Position numbers and translations under genes: made by a program
The notes under the pieces: generated by a model
Database searches by the model: none
Seen by the model: only the letters and a program-made list of their open reading frames with translations
Told to the model about the DNA's origin: nothing
Assembly: GCA_965198115.1 (NCBI GenBank)
Contig: OZ240241.1
Location: forward strand, 5,312,001-5,376,000
Length of the DNA: 64,000 nucleotides
Source of the DNA: Candidatus Latescibacterota bacterium
GTDB taxonomy: Bacteria; Latescibacterota; UBA2968
Reading direction: 5' to 3'
Shown: piece after piece, positions 1 to 10,111 of the stretch
How positions within the stretch are numbered: position 1 is the stretch's first letter
How the letters are laid out: every line of letters starts with the position of its first letter

Positions 1-686
1 ACGGCGAAGACCTGCGCAAAGAAGCCGGATGGCGCAAGCTCCGAGCGCAGTACTTCGGCAACGTGAAAATCGTCGACGATGCGGTGGGCAAGATGATGAA
101 GGCCCTCGACGAGACCGGCCAGGCGGATCGCACGATCTTCGCCTTCACGAGCGACCACGGCGAGATGGCCGGCGATCACTCGATGTGGGAGAAGCGAGCT
201 TTCTATGAGGAATCCGCTCACGTTCCGTTCCTGTTACGGGTACCGTGGATGAATAAGGTGCAGAACCGGATCCCAGGGGTATTCGGACACGCCGACCTCG
301 TGCCGACCCTGCTCGATCTCGCGGATCTGCCGATTGCGGCAGAGTGTCAGGGCGAGAGTCTCGTAGCTGCTCTGGATGGCGAGCGAAGTCTGACCGACCA
401 CCGTGCCTTTATGGAGTGGTATGGGATCGGCGATCGAAACCTTGGCAATCCACGGATCAACACGATGAACAGTCTTCAATGGCGATCGATCGTCACCGGA
501 GACCGTTGGAAACTGAATCTATGCGCTGGAGATCAGTGCGAGCTCTTCGACCTCGATACGGATCCGTTCGAAGAACAGAACCTGTTCGATGACCCTTCAC
601 AACGGGACCGAATCCGTGAGATGACCGCCCAAATTCGCGTCTGGCAACACGAAACGGATGACGTCGCGCCGCTGCCGGGCGTGTAA
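1..686 (+). CDS. Sulfatase, C-terminal part (begins upstream of window)
   Basis: FTSDHGEMAGDH, YEESAHVPF and ELFDLDTDPFE motifs; frame open to the window edge. Confidence 0.9.
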   Translation, partial: GEDLRKEAGWRKLRAQYFGNVKIVDDAVGKMMKALDETGQADRTIFAFTSDHGEMAGDHSMWEKRAFYEESAHVPFLLRVPWMNKVQNRIPGVFGHADLVPTLLDLADLPIAAECQGESLVAALDGERSLTDHRAFMEWYGIGDRNLGNPRINTMNSLQWRSIVTGDRWKLNLCAGDQCELFDLDTDPFEEQNLFDDPSQRDRIREMTAQIRVWQHETDDVAPLPGV

Positions 687-704
687 CCTACTCGAAAGGA
701 ATGC

Positions 705-2357
705 ATGATGATCAATGCGGCTGACGGAATCGTCAAAATCTTGCAGCAGGAAGGCGTCAAGTGGGTCTCGACTTTCCCGGTCTGTAAAATCAACAACGCG
801 CTCGGCCGTGCAGGCGTCCCGATGATCATGATGCGTGACGATCGTTTCGCCATCGCGGTCGCCGACGCCTATACCCGAATTACGGGGGGCAACCCCATCG
901 GTGTGTGCACGGTTCAGGGCGGTCTGAATGCAGCAGGGCTCCAGGTCGCCTATGCCGGACTCGCCCAGGCGTACGAGGACAACTCCCCAGTTCTCTGTCT
1001 CACGGATGGTCTCAGCATCGGGGGAACGGAAAACTCGCACTTCGATGTCACCACGAGTCTCAAGACCGTCAGCAAATGGTACGGCTACATCGATAAACCC
1101 GAACGCATCCCCGAATTTATGCGTCGTGCGTTTACAATGCTCCGCACCGGCCGGCCCGGCCCGGTCATCCTCGCCCTACCCGAAGCCGGCGGTGAGTATG
1201 ACGAAACGGTCGATCCCTACACGCCCGTGAAGGGTTGGAAGTCCGCACCCGATCCCTCCGACGTCAGCGCTGCTGTCGAGCTATTGAGTAAAGCCAAACG
1301 CCCACTCGTGTATGCGGGTGAAGGCGCCATCTATGCCCACGCGGCAGCAGAGCTCAAAGCGTTCGTCGAGCTCGCGAATGTTCCCGTCGTCACGACCCTC
1401 AAAGCGAAGGGCGTCTTCCCCGAGGACCATCCCCTGTTCTTAGGCGTTCGCGGCGATCACGTCATCGACTACCTCACAAAGAGCGACCTGATTGTGGCCG
1501 TCGGATCCAGCCTCTCGCCGGGCCGTTTCAGCCACCGCATTCCCGAGGCCATCGGAAAAACGATTGTTCACGTCAACGTCACCGAGCTGGACGTGAACAA
1601 GGTCTTCCCGACTGCGCACGCTTTGATCGGTGATGCGAGATTCTCCCTTCAGGCGTTGACAGACGAGCTCTCGAGCCAGACCGACGGAAGCGGTCTCGAT
1701 GCGGGTAGCACGGCCGCCGAGATCAAGTCCGCTCGCGACGAAGGACTCGCCCCCTATCGGGAAGCGATGGCATCGAATGATGTTCCCATCAACCCGTACC
1801 GGGTCTACGGCGAGCTGATGAACGTGCTCGATCCACATAAATCCTTCGTGACGCACGAATCGGGCAACACCCGCGATCAGCTCAGCACCATCTACGATAC
1901 GCTCGTCCCCCGCGGGTTCCTGGGTTGGGGTAACGTCTCCTCGCTCGGGTTTAGTATGGGTGCCATTCTGGGTGCCAAACTCGCCCACCCCGATCACTAT
2001 TCCGTTGGTGTCACGGGCGAAGCCGGGCTCGGCTACTTCATGGGCAACCTCGAAGTGCCCGTTCGCGAGAAGCTACCCATTGTCGTGGTCCACATCAGCA
2101 ATGGTGGCTTCGCCGGCTACGGACCTGGTTTCTGGGGCGAGGGCCACGACCCCTACACCCACGTCGTCATGGGTTCCGACGAAGTCAACATGCCCAAAGC
2201 CATCGCCGAATTCGGCTATCACACGGAACGCGTCGAGGAACCCGACGATGTAAAAGCCGCTCTCGAGCGCGCACTCGCAGCGAACGACAAGGGCCAGTCC
2301 TCCTACATCGAATTCGTGTGCAGCCAATTCCCCGTCTACGGCGCCTGGGCCCGGTAA
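705..2357 (+). CDS. Thiamine-pyrophosphate-dependent enzyme (acetolactate synthase-like superfamily)
   Basis: GRPGPV, three-domain layout, GEAG...SNGG variant of the TPP motif; AAGGA RBS. Confidence 0.88.
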   Translation: MMINAADGIVKILQQEGVKWVSTFPVCKINNALGRAGVPMIMMRDDRFAIAVADAYTRITGGNPIGVCTVQGGLNAAGLQVAYAGLAQAYEDNSPVLCLTDGLSIGGTENSHFDVTTSLKTVSKWYGYIDKPERIPEFMRRAFTMLRTGRPGPVILALPEAGGEYDETVDPYTPVKGWKSAPDPSDVSAAVELLSKAKRPLVYAGEGAIYAHAAAELKAFVELANVPVVTTLKAKGVFPEDHPLFLGVRGDHVIDYLTKSDLIVAVGSSLSPGRFSHRIPEAIGKTIVHVNVTELDVNKVFPTAHALIGDARFSLQALTDELSSQTDGSGLDAGSTAAEIKSARDEGLAPYREAMASNDVPINPYRVYGELMNVLDPHKSFVTHESGNTRDQLSTIYDTLVPRGFLGWGNVSSLGFSMGAILGAKLAHPDHYSVGVTGEAGLGYFMGNLEVPVREKLPIVVVHISNGGFAGYGPGFWGEGHDPYTHVVMGSDEVNMPKAIAEFGYHTERVEEPDDVKAALERALAANDKGQSSYIEFVCSQFPVYGAWAR

Positions 2358-2375
2358 CAGTCCACAGACCGCATC

Positions 2376-2467
2376 CCTACCGTTCATCCTGAGTAGGGGC
2401 ATAGTGGCACCACAGGTCTGTCCGTTGTGAAGGACTACAGTCCCCGTATCGAAGGGCGAACGGTAGG
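2376..2467. repeat. Long palindromic REP-like hairpin, extended variant of the tandem-GA family
   Basis: CCTACCGTTCATCCTGAG...TCGAAGGGCGAACGGTAGG arms with inner GGGG/CCCC and TAGT/ACTA pairs. Confidence 0.75.
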
Positions 2468-2519
2468 CTTCAATAATGAATCCTCCTTTCTGACGACTGA
2501 CAACTCAATAGGAATCACC

Positions 2520-3305
2520 ATCGCGTCTTCAAGATTCAAGGATCGCACAGTCGTCATCACCGGCGGCGCAAGCGGCATCGGCGAAGCCTGCGCGAGAGAG
2601 TTCGCTCGTGACGGTGCCCATGTCGCCATCGCCGACATCAACCTCGAGGCGGCGAGTGAAGTCGCGGAAAGCCTGGAGGGACAGGCCGTCCACGTAGATG
2701 TCCGTTCCGAGGAGTCCGTGAATGCCGCCGCCGAATCGATCGAACTGGATATCGGCGACGTCGACATCCTCGTCACGAGTGCAGGCGTTCTACAATCTCC
2801 CCTGCCCCCTCACGAATTGGATCTTGACGAATTCGACCGCGTAATGAACATCGACCAGCGGGGGACGTATCTTACGTGCCGTGCTTTCGGAACGCGGATG
2901 GCGCAGCGAGGGGCCGGCGCGATCGTCAACATCGCCTCCGTCGCCGGTCTACGGTCGACCCCGCTCCACAGCTACACGCCGGCCAAGGCGGCCGTCATCG
3001 CCCTCACCGAATGTTTGGCTGCCGAATGGGGGCGGTCCGGTGTGCGCGTCAACGCTGTTTCGCCCGGCCACACTCTGACGCCAGCCATGCAGGCCGCCGT
3101 CGACGCCGGTGAACGCGATCTCGAAGCCTTGTCCGCCAACACCGCCCTAGGCAGACTGGTCACACCCGAGGATATCGCCGACGCAGTCTGCTTCCTTGCC
3201 AGCGACGATGCCCGCGCAATTACAGGAATCAGTCTTCCCATCGACGCGGGCTGGCTCGTCGCCGGCTCCTGGAACTCATACGGAGGCGTACGCAGTGCCT
3301 ACTGA
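2520..3305 (+). CDS. SDR family oxidoreductase (start uncertain: ATC at 2520 or GTG at 2427)
   Basis: TGGASGIG, YTPAK (YxxxK), VRVNAVSPG. Confidence 0.9.
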   Translation: MASSRFKDRTVVITGGASGIGEACAREFARDGAHVAIADINLEAASEVAESLEGQAVHVDVRSEESVNAAAESIELDIGDVDILVTSAGVLQSPLPPHELDLDEFDRVMNIDQRGTYLTCRAFGTRMAQRGAGAIVNIASVAGLRSTPLHSYTPAKAAVIALTECLAAEWGRSGVRVNAVSPGHTLTPAMQAAVDAGERDLEALSANTALGRLVTPEDIADAVCFLASDDARAITGISLPIDAGWLVAGSWNSYGGVRSAY

Positions 3306-5061
3306 CATTGTCGATCTCTATGCTGACCGGTGGTTGTCCTCTGAGCCGACGTATCTCACATCCATGGACCGTTCTACGCCTTCATCGTTGCTGGCCGACG
3401 ACGACACGCATCGCCACTGGCGTGTGATGGACTACCGGGGACCTGATCTTTCCGGCAAGGCACTCGTCGCGGGTGTCGAAACCGAAGCACCCCCGATCAC
3501 CCTACCGCTCGACGTGCGTGGCTGGCACGCCATCTCGATCGGTGTGTGGCGTCTAAAGGACTGGTACCTCGCAGGCGACGGTGCGCCACACCTCCTGGCA
3601 AAGCTGACAGGCGAGGACACCTACGCGAGCCTCCGCCTGCCCACCCGTCCGGAGCCTTCCGATCTCGTTGGCGACTGGCATATGTGGACCGGCGAAGAGG
3701 AGCTCTCCGAATGCTTCTGGCGCATCGCCGAGCTCGATGGTCAGAATCTCGAGATTGCCCAGCCCAGTTGGATCGAAACGGGTCGAGACGGGGCCCAGAT
3801 CGTCAAGTGTGCCCTCAGCAACATCGCCTACGTCAAGCTCGTCCCGATGACCGACGCCGAAGTTCAACGCGTCAGTAAGGCCCCGGCGGCTGAGATCCCT
3901 CTTTACGCTCACAACGACGTGATGCTCGGCTACGCCAACACGCCAGAGGAGTTGCGCCGCGACATCCTTCCCTTCGGCGACTCCGACTTCACCCGGACCT
4001 ACTGGGAAGGTGCAATGGGCGACCTGTCGTCCTACTTCAAAACGCGCAACCGAACCCTCGAAGCGCCAGGTCGTGACGTCTTTTTTCATACCCACGCACG
4101 CCTGGAAGCAGAGGGTTGGCGACGCTGGCGCGAAAGCGGAAACGACCCGCTCCAGGTCGCCGCCGATGCCACGCACGACCTGGGCATGGAATTCCACGTA
4201 ACCCATCGGCTCGGAGGCTTCCGTCAGTCGCCAGTTCACGACTACTGGGACCACAACGACTCGCTCTACAAACAGCATCCTGAGTGGCGCGGCCGAGACC
4301 GCGAGGGGGCAGAGTCCGCTCGACTCTCTTTCGCGTATCCCGGAGTGCGAGAACACGTGATTGAAACGTATCGAGAGATGGTCGCCTACGGAATCGATGG
4401 CGTATGCCTGCTCTACAACCGTCGCCATCCCCTGGTGGAATTCGAGCCGCCTCTCGTCGACGGATTCCGCGAGCAGCATGGTAAGGACCCGCACGATATC
4501 GACGAGGACGACCCGACGTGGCTTCGCTACCGAGCCGGCGTTCTGACAGGATTTATGCGTGAACTTCGCGACGCGCTCAATCTTCCGGTTACCGCCATCG
4601 TGATGAGCAACGAGCAGGAAAACCTCGCACAGGCGCTCGACCCTAAAGGCTGGATCGCTGCCGGTGTTGTCGATACCTTGGTCCCCTACACGGATCATCC
4701 CGAATGGAACCACTCCGCCTTCTCGTGGCAGAACCCCGAAGCGCTACAACCGTATGTCGAGCTTACGAAAGGCACGGCGTGCGAGCTCGCGCCCTGCTTC
4801 CACACGCCCGCGATGAAGGCCGAAGACTATCGCAATACCGCCGCGGGTCTCGCCGAACGGGGCGCCGATGCCTTCTTCTTCTGGTGGGGCGACACGGGTT
4901 CGATGGCCCATTACGGGCCTGAATGGAGCGCGGGCAAAAGGCTGGGTCATATCAAGGAAATCGAGGCGTGGAAAGCAGCGGGTTCCCCTTCATTGAACGA
5001 GCCCGCCTACCCGATCGACGTCCTGAACGGCTGGCACAGCAGATACGTCACACCGGCTTGA
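3295..5061 (+). CDS. Hypothetical protein with GHL10/DUF187-like TIM-barrel domain
   Basis: HPEW, LSFAYPGVRE, YGIDGV segments; GTG start after GGAGG. Confidence 0.6.
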   Translation: MPTDIVDLYADRWLSSEPTYLTSMDRSTPSSLLADDDTHRHWRVMDYRGPDLSGKALVAGVETEAPPITLPLDVRGWHAISIGVWRLKDWYLAGDGAPHLLAKLTGEDTYASLRLPTRPEPSDLVGDWHMWTGEEELSECFWRIAELDGQNLEIAQPSWIETGRDGAQIVKCALSNIAYVKLVPMTDAEVQRVSKAPAAEIPLYAHNDVMLGYANTPEELRRDILPFGDSDFTRTYWEGAMGDLSSYFKTRNRTLEAPGRDVFFHTHARLEAEGWRRWRESGNDPLQVAADATHDLGMEFHVTHRLGGFRQSPVHDYWDHNDSLYKQHPEWRGRDREGAESARLSFAYPGVREHVIETYREMVAYGIDGVCLLYNRRHPLVEFEPPLVDGFREQHGKDPHDIDEDDPTWLRYRAGVLTGFMRELRDALNLPVTAIVMSNEQENLAQALDPKGWIAAGVVDTLVPYTDHPEWNHSAFSWQNPEALQPYVELTKGTACELAPCFHTPAMKAEDYRNTAAGLAERGADAFFFWWGDTGSMAHYGPEWSAGKRLGHIKEIEAWKAAGSPSLNEPAYPIDVLNGWHSRYVTPA

Positions 5062-5093
5062 TGGGCTAGCCCTAAAGGGACGAAGTAACGCAG

Positions 5094-5118
5094 GTCACTT
5101 CGAGCGGAGTCGAGAAGT
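5094..5118 (+). repeat. REP-like hairpin ACTTC-GAGCGGAGTCGA-GAAGT
   Basis: Direct reading; near-identical copy at 36938-36963. Confidence 0.85.
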
Positions 5119-5173
5119 CCCTCCTCCGCCGACACACTGGGCGCGTTGTCACATAACATGCTAAGGAATCCCC

Positions 5174-6358
5174 ATGAAAATCACCGACATCCGTCTCACC
5201 CCGCTCAAGATCCCATCCGAGAAGCAGGAACATAAGCACCACTCGGTCAACCCGATCCATCGGTTCGCCGATCTCAGATATGACGGGCCGGGCAGGCCCC
5301 GCCCCGACGCACCCAACGTTCTGGTTGTTCACGTCGACACGGACGAAGGCGTCTCCGGGTTTTCCTATGGCGGCCACTCCCTCCCTGGGGCCTATCCCAT
5401 CATCGAACAGGTCCTCAAACCCATCGTTCTGGGTGAAGACCCGATGCGAACGGACTGGCTGTGGGAGAAGATGTTCAGTGTTTGCATTGGACAGTCCGGA
5501 CCTGGCGTGACCAGCAAGGCGATCAGCTTCATCGACACCGCGCTTTGGGATCTCAAAGGCAAAGTTTTGAATCAACCCGTCTACAACCTGCTAGGCGGTA
5601 AGACGAAGGACAAAATCCGAGTCTACGCCAGCCACCTCTACGCCTACGCCACCGAAAGGGGCGATCCCGACCTCGGCGTGCTCAAGGAAGAGGCGGCGAT
5701 GTATGTGGAACAGGGATTCACGGCCGTCAAACAACGCTTCGGCTTCGGTCCGTGGGACGGCCTCGAAGGCATGAAAAAGAACCACTCTCTCGTCAAGGCA
5801 CTGCGCGAAACGATCGGCGACGACATCGAGCAGGCAGTCGACGGCACACGCTCGTTCGAGGCCGACTACGCCATCCAGATGGCACGGATGGTCGAAGACT
5901 ACAACCTCAGTTGGTTCGAAGAGCCCGTGCAGCCGGACGATTGGGAGGGTTACGTCAAAGTACGCGAGGCCGCCTCGATGCCCATATCAGGCGGGGAGAA
6001 CGAACACAGCAAAGGCGCCTTCGCCAAATGGTTGAAGATGGGATGCGCTGACATCTGGCAGCCAGACGTCGATCGGTGCGCCGGCGTCACAGAAGTCATG
6101 AAAATCGTCCACATGGCCGAAGCCAACCGGATCCCCATCATCCCCCACGGCGGGTGGATGACGAATTTCCACATCGTCATGTCCAACATGACCTGTCCGA
6201 TGGCCGAATACTTCCCTTATATGTCCAGGAACATCTCGGACAACCTCTTCATCGACCATCCGGTGGCCGTGAATGGTTACATCGAACTCTGCGACAAGCC
6301 CGGATTCGGCCTAGAGCTGAACGAGGATACCATTAAGCGATTCAAGTGGGATGGGTAG
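5174..6358 (+). CDS. Mandelate racemase/muconate lactonising enzyme family (acid-sugar dehydratase-like)
   Basis: DTALWDLKGK...PVYNLLGG, WFEEP, GENE, QPD, PHG. Confidence 0.92.
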   Translation: MKITDIRLTPLKIPSEKQEHKHHSVNPIHRFADLRYDGPGRPRPDAPNVLVVHVDTDEGVSGFSYGGHSLPGAYPIIEQVLKPIVLGEDPMRTDWLWEKMFSVCIGQSGPGVTSKAISFIDTALWDLKGKVLNQPVYNLLGGKTKDKIRVYASHLYAYATERGDPDLGVLKEEAAMYVEQGFTAVKQRFGFGPWDGLEGMKKNHSLVKALRETIGDDIEQAVDGTRSFEADYAIQMARMVEDYNLSWFEEPVQPDDWEGYVKVREAASMPISGGENEHSKGAFAKWLKMGCADIWQPDVDRCAGVTEVMKIVHMAEANRIPIIPHGGWMTNFHIVMSNMTCPMAEYFPYMSRNISDNLFIDHPVAVNGYIELCDKPGFGLELNEDTIKRFKWDG

Positions 6359-6360
6359 AG

Positions 6361-6494
6361 GCGCCCCCGTGCAGAGCACGGGGGCGAGCGAGGTCAACGA
6401 CGTTAAACCGGCCCAGGTTCTATCGCATCCGCTAGCTACCGGGCCCACCAAGGTTCACTGCGAGAGCTTGTCCCCGTGCTCTGCACGGGGACAC
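6361..6494 (+). repeat. ~135-bp three-hairpin REPIN-like element, copy A
   Basis: CCCCGTGC-AGA-GCACGGGG and CCCCGTGC-TCT-GCACGGGG flank a central GGCCCAGGT...ACCGGGCC hairpin. Confidence 0.85.
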
Positions 6495-6544
6495 TATAGA
6501 GGGCCTCGTCTTTCTCTGCGTTCTCTGTGTTGAAAGGTTCTGAA

Positions 6545-7513
6545 ATGAAAGTTCTGATGCGCCAAGGCGACCTCTCCTCCGAATACCTCCGCTTCCTCGT
6601 CCAGATCGGCTGCGACGGCATCGACATCCACAACGCCGAGAGTGTACCCGGGCTGGCCGAGAACGGATATCCCCATCTGGAAGAGTTCCGCGTGCTGCTA
6701 AGACGGGTCAACGACGCCGACCTCGAAGTCTATCGGGTTGCGCCAGCTGAGCCCCAGCAGTTCCTCCTCGGGGAACCGGGCGGGGAGGAGCAACTCGACC
6801 AACTGGTCAAGACGGTCGAGATACTCGGGCAGCTCGGGATCCCGTTCATGTCGATGCCCGTCCACATGTCTCAGACGCCGAGGGGTCGCCATTTCAACCC
6901 GGCTTTCCGAGGCGGATACCGCCAGGAGTTCCGTGGTGGCTACGCGATGGGTGGCTTCAAGGTCGAGCGGATGGAGAAGAGCATCGCCGAACAGCCGCTA
7001 GAGCCGTTCTCGGTCGAAGAACACTGGAACCGCTGTGTCCAGATGTACGAACGGCTCGTTCCCGTCGCGGAAAACTACAACGTGAAGCTCATCATCCACC
7101 CCTCCGATCCGCCACTGGACGCCGCCGAGTTCTCTCCACAACGCTGGACAGGCATCCTCGAGGCCGTGCCGAGCGATCACAGCGGACTCCTCTATTGCAT
7201 CGGGACGCGCATCGAGGCGGTGGGTGACGGCATCCTCGACGACATCCGCCATTGGGGCGGAAAGGGAAAGATCTTTCACACACACTTCAGGAACGTGCAG
7301 GGTAACCTCCCGGCCGGCGGCTACGCCGAATGCGCACTCGACGATGGCGACGTTAACATGTTCACCGTCCTCCAGACGCTCCAGGAAATCGGCTTCGACG
7401 GCGGCCTCCAGATGGACCACGTGCCCGATTACTCGGACGACGGGGAACAGCGGACTGCGATTTCCTACGCCGTAGCCTACACGAAAGGACTCCTCAAGGC
7501 GCTCGAAGTGTGA
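6545..7513 (+). CDS. uxuA: Mannonate dehydratase family protein (divergent UxuA-like)
   Basis: HPSDPP, HFRNVQG, DDGDVNM, DHVP. Confidence 0.75.
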   Translation: MKVLMRQGDLSSEYLRFLVQIGCDGIDIHNAESVPGLAENGYPHLEEFRVLLRRVNDADLEVYRVAPAEPQQFLLGEPGGEEQLDQLVKTVEILGQLGIPFMSMPVHMSQTPRGRHFNPAFRGGYRQEFRGGYAMGGFKVERMEKSIAEQPLEPFSVEEHWNRCVQMYERLVPVAENYNVKLIIHPSDPPLDAAEFSPQRWTGILEAVPSDHSGLLYCIGTRIEAVGDGILDDIRHWGGKGKIFHTHFRNVQGNLPAGGYAECALDDGDVNMFTVLQTLQEIGFDGGLQMDHVPDYSDDGEQRTAISYAVAYTKGLLKALEV

Positions 7514-7515
7514 GT

Positions 7516-7648
7516 GCACCCCTCGCGCGGAGCAAGGGGGCGAGTATGTGGGGGTTGCATTAAACGGGGCCGGTCATAGCGAGACCCAAAGGACCGGCCC
7601 ATCAGCAAACTAGCGCTACGCTTGTCCCTGTGCTCCGCACGGGGACAC
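7516..7648 (+). repeat. Three-hairpin element, copy B
   Basis: Same layout as 6361-6494; loops GGA/TCC; centre GGGCCGGTC...GACCGGCCC. Confidence 0.85.
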
Positions 7649-7662
7649 TGTGAGGATTCCGC

Positions 7663-9090
7663 ATGACGAACACACCCATCCACATCGGCGATCGCCGCGA
7701 GCTGTTCGTCGATGATCACCTGATCGAGTCGATGACCGATGGAGCCGAGTTGCGACTCCACCATCCTGTCGAGCAAACCGACACCTTCACCTGCGACATG
7801 CCGTGGGAAGGTGATTGGTCGGGCAGCGCGACCTTCATCCAGGATGGCGACAGATATCTGATGTACTATCGAGGCTCGACCTGGCCCGGGGTTCGTCAGC
7901 CTTATCAGTTCTACCAGTGCTACGCCGAAAGCGATGACGGCATCAACTGGACGCGGCCCGAATTGGGACTCGTCGAATTCGAGGGTTCCAAGACCAACAA
8001 CATCATCGTCAAGAAAAACGGTGCATTCGAGCCGTTCCTGGACACGAATCCTGACTGCGACCTCGACCAGCGATTCAAAGCGCTCATAGCGAACGACGCC
8101 CTCCACGCCTGGGCCTCTCCCGACGGAATCCGGTGGGGACCTGTCCGAGGAAAACCCATCATCACCCTCGGGTCCTTCGACTCGCAGAACGTGGCCTTCT
8201 GGGACTCGACTCGCGATCGGTATGTCGCCTACTATCGCGAGACGCGAGGGCCCAACGACGAGATCAAACCGGAGGGTCGTCAACTTGGGCTCGATCCGGA
8301 TGGCTTCGCGCGCGATGTTTTGACCTGCACCTCGAACGACTTCCTGAACTGGACCGAGCCTCAATGGCTCCAGTATCCCGGTGCGCCGCGTGAACAGATT
8401 TATCTCAATCAAATCCGGGCATACCACCGAGCGCCGCACATCTTCGTCGGCTTCCCTGGACGGTTTATGGCAGGTCGAGAAATCGAAAAGGGTCTCCCAA
8501 CGACGGAGCATCCGGCGTATGAAACTGCGAACATGACCGAGACCCTCTTCATGTCCAGCCGCGATGGCCTTCACTTCAAACGATGGGGCGAAGCCTTCAT
8601 CCGTCCCGGTCTCCGCAAGGAACGTTGGATATACGGTGCCACCTTCCCCGAGTACGGTCTGCTCGTCACAAAGTCCGGCATCCAGGACACGCCCGACGAA
8701 CTTTCTCTCTACGTCAACGATGGTGGCGGTTGGTCCCAGCGAGGCACGGCATCCCGATGGCGACGCTACACGATCCGGATGGACGGCTTTGTCTCTGTCA
8801 ACGCTCCGCTGAGCGGCGGCACGTTCCTCACCAAACCATTCACGTTCAATGGCAACATGCTCACGATGAACTACGCCACCTCCGCCGCCGGCAGCATCCA
8901 GGTCGAATTGCAGGATACCGAGGGCCACGCCTTTCCTGGTTTCGAGCTGACGGACGTGATCTATGGCGATCAGATCGACGGCCCCATCGCGTGGGATGAC
9001 AATCCTAACCTGAAGCAGCTGTCAGGAAAACCCGTTCGTCTTCGCGTGTTATTCAAAGACGCAGACCTCTACTCGTTTCGATTCACGTAG
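7663..9090 (+). CDS. Beta-propeller glycoside-hydrolase-like protein with C-terminal beta domain
   Basis: ELFVDD, Asp-box-like SDDGINW/SPDGIRW/SRDGLHF, RMDGFVS, VRLRV..LYSFRF. Confidence 0.7.
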   Translation: MTNTPIHIGDRRELFVDDHLIESMTDGAELRLHHPVEQTDTFTCDMPWEGDWSGSATFIQDGDRYLMYYRGSTWPGVRQPYQFYQCYAESDDGINWTRPELGLVEFEGSKTNNIIVKKNGAFEPFLDTNPDCDLDQRFKALIANDALHAWASPDGIRWGPVRGKPIITLGSFDSQNVAFWDSTRDRYVAYYRETRGPNDEIKPEGRQLGLDPDGFARDVLTCTSNDFLNWTEPQWLQYPGAPREQIYLNQIRAYHRAPHIFVGFPGRFMAGREIEKGLPTTEHPAYETANMTETLFMSSRDGLHFKRWGEAFIRPGLRKERWIYGATFPEYGLLVTKSGIQDTPDELSLYVNDGGGWSQRGTASRWRRYTIRMDGFVSVNAPLSGGTFLTKPFTFNGNMLTMNYATSAAGSIQVELQDTEGHAFPGFELTDVIYGDQIDGPIAWDDNPNLKQLSGKPVRLRVLFKDADLYSFRFT

Positions 9091-9105
9091 CACGGTAGGT
9101 GGTTT

Positions 9106-9171
9106 CCGCCCTGAAGGGGCGGCAGAACATAGCCCAGGGCGCCCGACCACCGAAGGTGGGCAAGCCCTGGG
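9106..9171. repeat. Palindromic REP-like element
   Basis: CCGCCC-TGAA-GGGGCGG followed by CCCAGGGC...GCCCTGGG. Confidence 0.6.
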
Positions 9172-9271
9172 TCAAAGCGACGCAAAGACAAGAACGCGCG
9201 CCACCGTCGCGACAGGTATGTCAGGTAGATGGAATAGGCGGCGCACTGTCACGAAGACACGGAGAGAACCA

Positions 9272-10066
9272 ATGGACCTAGAACTGGAAGGAAAAGCCGC
9301 CATCGTCACGGGGGCCAATCGAGGCATCGGCCTGGCGATCGCCAAGGGACTGGCGAGCGAGAGCTGCAACGTCGCAATGTGCTCACGCGACGAGAAGAGC
9401 ATCACAGCGGCCGCCAAGGAAGTCGAGGAGCAGACCAGCGCCAAAGCCTTTGGAATCCCTGCCGACGTGTTGAATGCAGACGACGCTTCACGGTTGGTGC
9501 AGGAGGCCGCGGAAAAACTCGGGGCCATCGACATCCTGATCAACAACGTCGGATCCAACGTCGGTGATCGCGAGCTCTTGAAATCGTCCGACGACGATTG
9601 GGTTCAGACATTCCACTACAACGTCTTCCAGGGCGTCCGGCTGACGCGTTTGGTTGTTCCTCATATGCGGAAGCGCGGAGGCGGAAGTATCGTCTTCCTG
9701 TCATCAATCTCCGGATGGATCCCCCAGCTTGCTGGATCGAGCCAATACGGCGCATCGAAGGCAGCCCAGATCTTCATGGCAGAGCCCCTCGCCATCGAGC
9801 TCATCCACGACCACATCCGGGTGAACGTTGTGTCCCCAGGCTCAATCGTCTTCGACGGCGGCGGCTGGGACCTGCGTCGCATCAATGAACCAGAAGCGTA
9901 TGCCGCCTACGAAAGAGACGGCTTCCCCGAAGGCCGGCTCGGAATACCCGAAGAAGTCGCCGACGTGGCCGTCTTTTTAGCGTCGGAGCGCTCCCGCTGG
10001 GTAAACGGCGAAAACATCAGGGCAGACGGCCTCGAGCAGCCGGTTCCGTATGCCAGGCCTTGGTAA
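9272..10066 (+). CDS. SDR family oxidoreductase
   Basis: TGANRGIG, YGASK, IRVNVVSPG. Confidence 0.92.
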   Translation: MDLELEGKAAIVTGANRGIGLAIAKGLASESCNVAMCSRDEKSITAAAKEVEEQTSAKAFGIPADVLNADDASRLVQEAAEKLGAIDILINNVGSNVGDRELLKSSDDDWVQTFHYNVFQGVRLTRLVVPHMRKRGGGSIVFLSSISGWIPQLAGSSQYGASKAAQIFMAEPLAIELIHDHIRVNVVSPGSIVFDGGGWDLRRINEPEAYAAYERDGFPEGRLGIPEEVADVAVFLASERSRWVNGENIRADGLEQPVPYARPW

Positions 10067-10075
10067 GACCACAGA

Positions 10076-10102
10076 GCGTCCCCGTGCTCCGCACGGGGAC
10101 GC
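10076..10102. repeat. Solo terminal hairpin of the three-hairpin element
   Basis: GCGTCCCCGTGC-TCC-GCACGGGGACGC perfect stem. Confidence 0.8.
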
Positions 10103-10111
10103 ATTGGAGAA

